Below, piece by piece: positions 59,393-64,000 of a DNA stretch of 64,000 nucleotides (positions are counted from its first letter, which is position 1; every line of letters begins with the position of its first letter). The notes beneath the pieces were generated by a model, which saw only the letters and a program-made list of their open reading frames with translations, ran no database searches and was not told the DNA's origin. Source of the stretch: a virus. Its lineage: Duplodnaviria; Caudoviricetes. The position numbers and the translations under genes are program-made. Where the stretch lies: IMG/VR virus record IMGVR_UViG_3300037067_026422. One strand, given 5' to 3'.

Positions 59393-59730
59393 ATTACTAT
59401 AGCTTACTTGAGATAGAGCATCTGGTTGAAGATCTTGATGTATTAATAATAACCTCTTCACCAAAAGTGGATTGTTTTGGGTTAACATGTAATAGTATAA
59501 AAAAGTGCATAGTACAATCAACTTTTTCTTATATGTTCACACACGGGGGTAAGTTTTCTATGGGATTAAGGGACAAAAGTATAAATTACTTTGACCCTAC
59601 ATTATATCTTTCTGAGTCGGATATTAAAGATATAGGTGATTTTATTTTTCTTGAGAAGCTTAATAATGTACCCCTATTTATAAATGTCTATCCAGAAATA
59701 GCTACATGGCGATTGAGAATAGGGAAATGA
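59389..59730 (+). CDS. PLYIN/WRLxIGK family, tandem copy 7
   Basis: ATGA overlap; NVPLFIN...IATWRLRIGK. Confidence 0.82.
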   Translation: MNYYSLLEIEHLVEDLDVLIITSSPKVDCFGLTCNSIKKCIVQSTFSYMFTHGGKFSMGLRDKSINYFDPTLYLSESDIKDIGDFIFLEKLNNVPLFINVYPEIATWRLRIGK

Positions 59731-60068
59731 ACTCATATAATAAAAAAGAATTACGGATTTTAATACGGGGGCTTCCTAATTATACCCTTGCAATAACTAA
59801 TATTAACTGTATTGCAATAACACTTTGGGGAATTATGAAGCTTATTAAATATAATACTCTTATCAGCATACTTGATGCTAAAGGAAAATGGATCGTTTCT
59901 CAGGGCGATATTAATAATATAAGATATGTTATACCAAAGCATAAGGCGGAATTTCATGATTTAGAAGGTTTGAATGATGCTATCTTTAAATTAGAATTAA
60001 AAATAGTGCCCTTATTCCTAAATGATTTCCCGGAAATCGTCAGGTGGAGATTGAGCATAGGTAAATGA
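59727..60068 (+). CDS. PLYIN/WRLxIGK family, tandem copy 8
   Basis: ATGA overlap; SYNKKE; IVPLFLN...IVRWRLSIGK. Confidence 0.82.
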   Translation: MNSYNKKELRILIRGLPNYTLAITNINCIAITLWGIMKLIKYNTLISILDAKGKWIVSQGDINNIRYVIPKHKAEFHDLEGLNDAIFKLELKIVPLFLNDFPEIVRWRLSIGK

Positions 60069-60403
60069 CTTTTAAGTTTTATTATAAAAATATCTATAAC
60101 GAGGATGATTTGCTATCTTTAGCTAGTATACTAAGTAGCAGGATAAAACAAGGTAGGTATTCCATAGCTGGTATAAATATGCTATGCAAGCTCATTCTTT
60201 ATAGTCTTAACAACAAAAAGAAGTCAATTGATAGTATTATAAGCTCTTATATTATATATAAACTGAGCAGTAGCTTATTTTAAACTATATCCTTACTGGT
60301 ATTAATTTTTATATTTCCATTAAGGAAAATGCCCCTATACATAAATGACAGTAATACATTAAAACAAGTTTTGAGCATTTGGAGATTGAGCATAGGTAAA
60401 TAA
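60065..60403 (+). pseudogene. PLYIN/WRLxIGK family, tandem copy 9, interrupted by an in-frame TAA
   Basis: TAA at 60281-60283; same frame continues TISLLVLIFIFPLRKMPLYINDSNTLKQVLSIWRLSIGK*. Confidence 0.8.
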
Positions 60404-60427
60404 TATTACATAGAAGGAGGCTTTATA

Positions 60428-61846
60428 ATGGCTAAATTTCAGGTAGAGAAAAGGTATGATAATTCAAATGAAGGTTTTACTGAAACCCTAAAATATTATG
60501 TTATGCATCAAGCTAATGTCTTGACAAATCATAATAAATTTTATCTTGAAGAGTTGCAAAAGCACCCGGATGGAAGATACCGTATCTTCACACATTATGG
60601 GCGGCTCAGCATCTCCAACATCTATGAAGTTCGGGCAGAAGCTGGTGGTAAACCTTGCTATGACCTGGCTGAGATAGAGAAGGAATTTGAAGCCATCCAT
60701 AAAAAGAAGCTTTCCGGCAAATCAGTCACAAACCCCGATACAGGGGAGAAAGAAAAAGAATGCTATGTCGATGTGGATGTCGTCAGCCCCCAGGTTGGGA
60801 GTGAGAACATCCGCGGTAAAGCCGAAGTAAAGAAAACTGTAACCACCAAGCTGGCGGTGGACACTACTGCTTATGACCCTTTAGTTGGGAAGTTACTTGA
60901 TCAGTTAATTGAAGAAAATGTTCACTCCATAACCAGTATGACCAGTATCAAATTTACTGCCAATGGCTTTGCTACGGAATTGGGGCCTGTTACTATTCAA
61001 CATGTAGATAAAGCAAAAAAAGTCCTCGACGATCTCAATGATCAGATGGATAAGAACGGTAATATGGATCCTGATAACAAGAACGTCCAGAAACTTAACT
61101 CTCTATTCTTTTCTCTCATTCCAAAGCCATTCTCCAGAAAAATATCCACAGATGACATGATTCTGGGGGCACAGAAGCTGCAGGACGAATACAATATTTT
61201 GGACCAGTTGGCTACTGGGGTAAGTATGGGTGCAGCTATGAGCCAAAATACCGCAGCAAAAATGAATGCTCTTGGTACTGATATCGAAATCCTGAAAGAC
61301 AAAAAGGAATATGACCGTATTGTGCGATATGTTGAAAGCAGTAAAGCTGACAATCATCGTGGATCGAATGTCTGGGGATATAGGGTAAAACAGATATTCA
61401 AAATCAGGATACCCGAAGAGCGCTCAAGACATGAGGCAGTCCTCAAAAAGTATGGTAATGTCGAAGAAGTGTTCCATGGCAGCGCAAACTCAAATTTACT
61501 TAGTATAATTAAAGGTGGTTTAATTATACCAAAAAGCAACGCCCCTCATGTCTGTGGTCGTGCCTTCCATGATGGTGTTTATGGTGCAATAAATAGTACA
61601 AAAAGTTTAAATTATAGTGTTGGTTATTGGGGCGGTCGAAGAAGTACCTATGCTAATAACTTTTTGTTCCTGGCGGATTTTGCCATGGGAAACACTTACA
61701 TTACAGACTCTGGTAAACCTAATGGCCCCCCTTCAGGATATGATAGCATATGGGCTAAAAAAGGGTACTCGTTATATAATGATGAGCTTATTGTTTACTC
61801 TTTACCCCAGTGTACACTTAAGTATCTTGTAGAAATGATAAAATGA
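60428..61846 (+). CDS. PARP-family ADP-ribosyltransferase (WGR + regulatory + catalytic domains)
   Basis: NHNKFY...HYGR (WGR); LNSLFFSLIP (regulatory); FHGS, GVYGA, KSLNY, YNDELIVY, QCTLKYL (H-Y-E triad); AAGGAGG RBS. Confidence 0.88.
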   Translation: MAKFQVEKRYDNSNEGFTETLKYYVMHQANVLTNHNKFYLEELQKHPDGRYRIFTHYGRLSISNIYEVRAEAGGKPCYDLAEIEKEFEAIHKKKLSGKSVTNPDTGEKEKECYVDVDVVSPQVGSENIRGKAEVKKTVTTKLAVDTTAYDPLVGKLLDQLIEENVHSITSMTSIKFTANGFATELGPVTIQHVDKAKKVLDDLNDQMDKNGNMDPDNKNVQKLNSLFFSLIPKPFSRKISTDDMILGAQKLQDEYNILDQLATGVSMGAAMSQNTAAKMNALGTDIEILKDKKEYDRIVRYVESSKADNHRGSNVWGYRVKQIFKIRIPEERSRHEAVLKKYGNVEEVFHGSANSNLLSIIKGGLIIPKSNAPHVCGRAFHDGVYGAINSTKSLNYSVGYWGGRRSTYANNFLFLADFAMGNTYITDSGKPNGPPSGYDSIWAKKGYSLYNDELIVYSLPQCTLKYLVEMIK

Positions 61847-61893
61847 ATAATATATATCTTCAGTGTAAAGTAAGAAAAAAGGAGAAATAGGCC

Positions 61894-62121
61894 ATGCTTG
61901 ATAGAATAACAATGACTTTTACAAAAAACTATGTCACGGTCAATAAAAAGTATCATTGTAAGAAATGCGGCTTCAGATTCTATCGAAAGAATCGGGACTG
62001 GTTCACTATAAACCCCCTGAGCACCAGTGACTACAATACTGCCCGGGAAGAAAAAAGAAAAGCAATGGAAGTAAAAGTGAGGGAATGTCCAAAATGCAGA
62101 GAAATAGTAATTCCTTCTTAA
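61894..62121 (+). CDS. Small zinc-ribbon protein
   Basis: CKKC...CPKC; AGGAG RBS. Confidence 0.62.
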   Translation: MLDRITMTFTKNYVTVNKKYHCKKCGFRFYRKNRDWFTINPLSTSDYNTAREEKRKAMEVKVRECPKCREIVIPS

Positions 62122-62444
62122 AGAGGTATACAACAAAGGATCTGAGACTTCTGAATGACCTAATCGACCCTATTACCCATAACCTTAATAAGTATTCTGT
62201 TTCTTATTACCCAAACAAAGATAGTAAAGGCACTTTGTTGAACCCTGAACTTATAGCTGAGATGTCTGATCAGGAAGTAGTAAATGCTTTGAATCGAATA
62301 ATACACTTTCTGGCACCAGCTTTTAAAGAAGATATCCTTATAAACATTATGTATATAGAGCCTATGCAAAAAATGCCCCTGTACATAAACAGAGAACTCG
62401 GTATGAGTATTATTGCAAAGTGGAGGCTAATAATAGGAAAATGA
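62085..62444 (+). CDS. PLYIN/WRLxIGK family protein
   Basis: RYTTKDL; QKMPLYIN...IAKWRLIIGK. Confidence 0.8.
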   Translation: MSKMQRNSNSFLKRYTTKDLRLLNDLIDPITHNLNKYSVSYYPNKDSKGTLLNPELIAEMSDQEVVNALNRIIHFLAPAFKEDILINIMYIEPMQKMPLYINRELGMSIIAKWRLIIGK

Positions 62445-62944
62445 GCATCTTTTTAACAATATTTATAACAATAGCAGTAATGGGAAATCTATTAGCAATG
62501 GCTTACAGAGTACATCTACTTCAAAAATCATTGCTTGATCTTTATAAGAACCAGACTGAAAATTTAGAATATCTCCATTCTCTTAATGATCGCGTTAACC
62601 GATTGTGCTTATCTACAGCAATAATAAAACTGGATACCTCTATCCCAGTACAGAAGACTGTCATAGACATTTTTGCTTCGGAGCCTTCCCTAAAACCGAG
62701 TAATATCCATGAAACTCTACTTAAGCATCTTCTTGAAGAATATACAGCTTTAAAAGAAACTCTCATACTTCAGATAAACTCTCTGACAGAAGGATCTGAG
62801 ATTGAAAGAAATCAAAATATCCTTAATGAAATAGACAATATCATGACCCTGATGGGCACCGTATCAATGGATAGCTCACACACATACATAGAACAAATAT
62901 TTAATGAAGTAATGAATAGTGTGAGAAAAATTAAAAGTTATTGA
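62441..62944 (+). CDS. Membrane-anchored coiled-coil protein
   Basis: ATGA overlap; N-terminal TM. Confidence 0.65.
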   Translation: MSIFLTIFITIAVMGNLLAMAYRVHLLQKSLLDLYKNQTENLEYLHSLNDRVNRLCLSTAIIKLDTSIPVQKTVIDIFASEPSLKPSNIHETLLKHLLEEYTALKETLILQINSLTEGSEIERNQNILNEIDNIMTLMGTVSMDSSHTYIEQIFNEVMNSVRKIKSY

Positions 62945-62953
62945 AAATTATTG

Positions 62954-62981
62954 TTGAAAACTTGTTACAAAAAAGTATATT
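62954..62981 (+). promoter_or_regulatory. sigma70-like promoter TTGAAA-16-TATATT
   Basis: AAAAAAG tract before the -10. Confidence 0.65.
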
Positions 62982-63005
62982 ATAACTACATCAAAGGAGT
63001 ATTTT

Positions 63006-63641
63006 ATGCAGTATGAAGCAACTATCCGAGAAAAGATAATCGAGGCTACTAAAGTCGGAAAACTGTTCACCTCGGTAGATATCGCCAATGCCGTTAAACA
63101 AGAAGGTTTATGGGTCAGAAACAGAGATGTGCGTGACTGGCTGCAAGACAACTTCTATGATAAGAGTATTTTCGATGGTTATATCATATCGCAGATATTA
63201 GTCTGTAATGCCTCATCATACGCCAGCCTGTATCATCCTTCATCAGAACTTCCGGATAGATATCTGGATCGGGACCAAAGACCCCTCACACCTGATGAAG
63301 TCAAAGCTATCATCAATTCTAAAAAAGGTACTCCTCGGGACGACACTGCTCCAGATATCGATGTAATGCTTGCTCCGGATGATGAAGACGATATCGAGAT
63401 GTCCGTTACACTGACGTCTGTCGAACGTTTGAAGATCCCAGGAGCCATGATACGGGCACTTGGATGGTCAGCTGGTCAGCTGGTCGACCCAGCTCTGATC
63501 CTTACCCACAACGTTCTACCTGCCAATCTTAAGGTAAATGATGATTACCGGGTATCTGTTCCAAGGACAGCAGTCAATTGGGGTACGAACCCTGTGAAAG
63601 TAATCCTGAAAAAAGGTAAGATTCATTTCGAGAAAGCATAA
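63006..63641 (+). CDS. Putative DNA-binding protein with AbrB/SpoVT-like C-terminus
   Basis: RLKIPGAMIRALGWSAGQ and DYRVSVPR; AAGGAG RBS. Confidence 0.55.
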   Translation: MQYEATIREKIIEATKVGKLFTSVDIANAVKQEGLWVRNRDVRDWLQDNFYDKSIFDGYIISQILVCNASSYASLYHPSSELPDRYLDRDQRPLTPDEVKAIINSKKGTPRDDTAPDIDVMLAPDDEDDIEMSVTLTSVERLKIPGAMIRALGWSAGQLVDPALILTHNVLPANLKVNDDYRVSVPRTAVNWGTNPVKVILKKGKIHFEKA

Positions 63642-63705
63642 AGAAACCTTAAAAAACTATGATTTAAACATAGGCTCTTAAATGAGCCTATAGAAAGTAG
63701 CATAA

Positions 63706-64000
63706 ATGATTCATTATTTGATAGGGAGCGCGATGAAGCCAATTTTGAAACCGGCACTCCTTCCTCATATAGTTAATGACATCGGGTTATGGGGCTCAGG
63801 TTACGTTTTGGCGGTATCTGCAGTCAACCCAAATCCAGAAGCTGCTTATCTGAAATGGTTCGCGGAAAAGCAAAAAACGGGGGAACTGTTACCTCTTGGA
63901 AATACCCAGATAGTCCCCATCGACAATGAAGTAAGTGTCTGCAATATGGTTGCCCAACACGGTGTCAGAAGCATCGATGGTGCGCCCCCCATTCGGTATG
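63706..64000 (+). CDS. Macrodomain protein (Poa1p/DarG-like), truncated by the window end
   Basis: Not in the ORF track; manual translation MIHYLIGSAMKP...PHIVNDIGLWGSGYVLAVS...LGNTQIV...VCNMVAQHG...PPIRY. Confidence 0.8.
   Translation, partial: MIHYLIGSAMKPILKPALLPHIVNDIGLWGSGYVLAVSAVNPNPEAAYLKWFAEKQKTGELLPLGNTQIVPIDNEVSVCNMVAQHGVRSIDGAPPIRY

Noticed and set aside
58086-62441. ORF-track starts such as MEIK/MAIE/MALG and the idea that the WRL codons supply the next gene's Shine-Dalgarno
   Set aside because: Those starts are A-TGG/G-TGG artefacts of the Trp codon. The GGAG lies about 15 nt from the real ATG, too far to claim; ATGA coupling is sufficient.
1-64000. Stop-codon reassignment as in some large phages
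   Set aside because: Known-domain genes are intact in the standard code, and TAG, TGA and TAA all end genes
1-64000. Most minus-strand and nested short ORFs in the track; tRNA or rRNA genes
   Set aside because: They overlap better-supported + strand genes and lack RBS or motifs; no cloverleaf or rRNA signature was seen by eye

Overview
The window looks like a 64-kb piece of a large (jumbo-type) dsDNA bacteriophage genome, read in the standard code. It is AT-rich and densely packed with short, often ATGA/TAATG-coupled genes, nearly all on the + strand. There are no structural, rRNA or tRNA genes, and it carries a recurrent sigma70-like promoter (TTGnnn-17-TATATT, often with an AAAAAAG tract). 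Recognisable genes: WGR-fused ATP-dependent DNA ligase, HNH nuclease, PilV/PilW/PilX-like minor pilin operon, FtsK motor, sigma-like factor, RNA ligase, SAM methyltransferase, ATP-grasp, radical SAM, rhomboid protease, ABC/AAA ATPase, MazG-like/NadD fusion, REC-HD-GYP phosphodiesterase, deoxyribosyltransferase-like protein, NADAR, HD hydrolase, WGR-PARP and a truncated macrodomain. Four observations stand out. (1) A cas-less type I-E-like mini CRISPR array (5 repeats, 4 spacers) has its own promoter, and its transcribed leader holds a same-strand anti-repeat that can pair with the repeat over about 21 nt using G-U wobbles. (2) About 18 small paralogs, 9 of them in tandem, share conserved ends (Y[TS]xEE...PLYIN...WRLxIGK) around an unalignable middle. 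(3) Three (X-Ser)n peptides with a shared leader, two of them just downstream of an Sm/SH3-like gene. (4) An NAD+/ADP-ribose writer-eraser toolkit. All functional calls come from motifs read by eye; no database searches were run.
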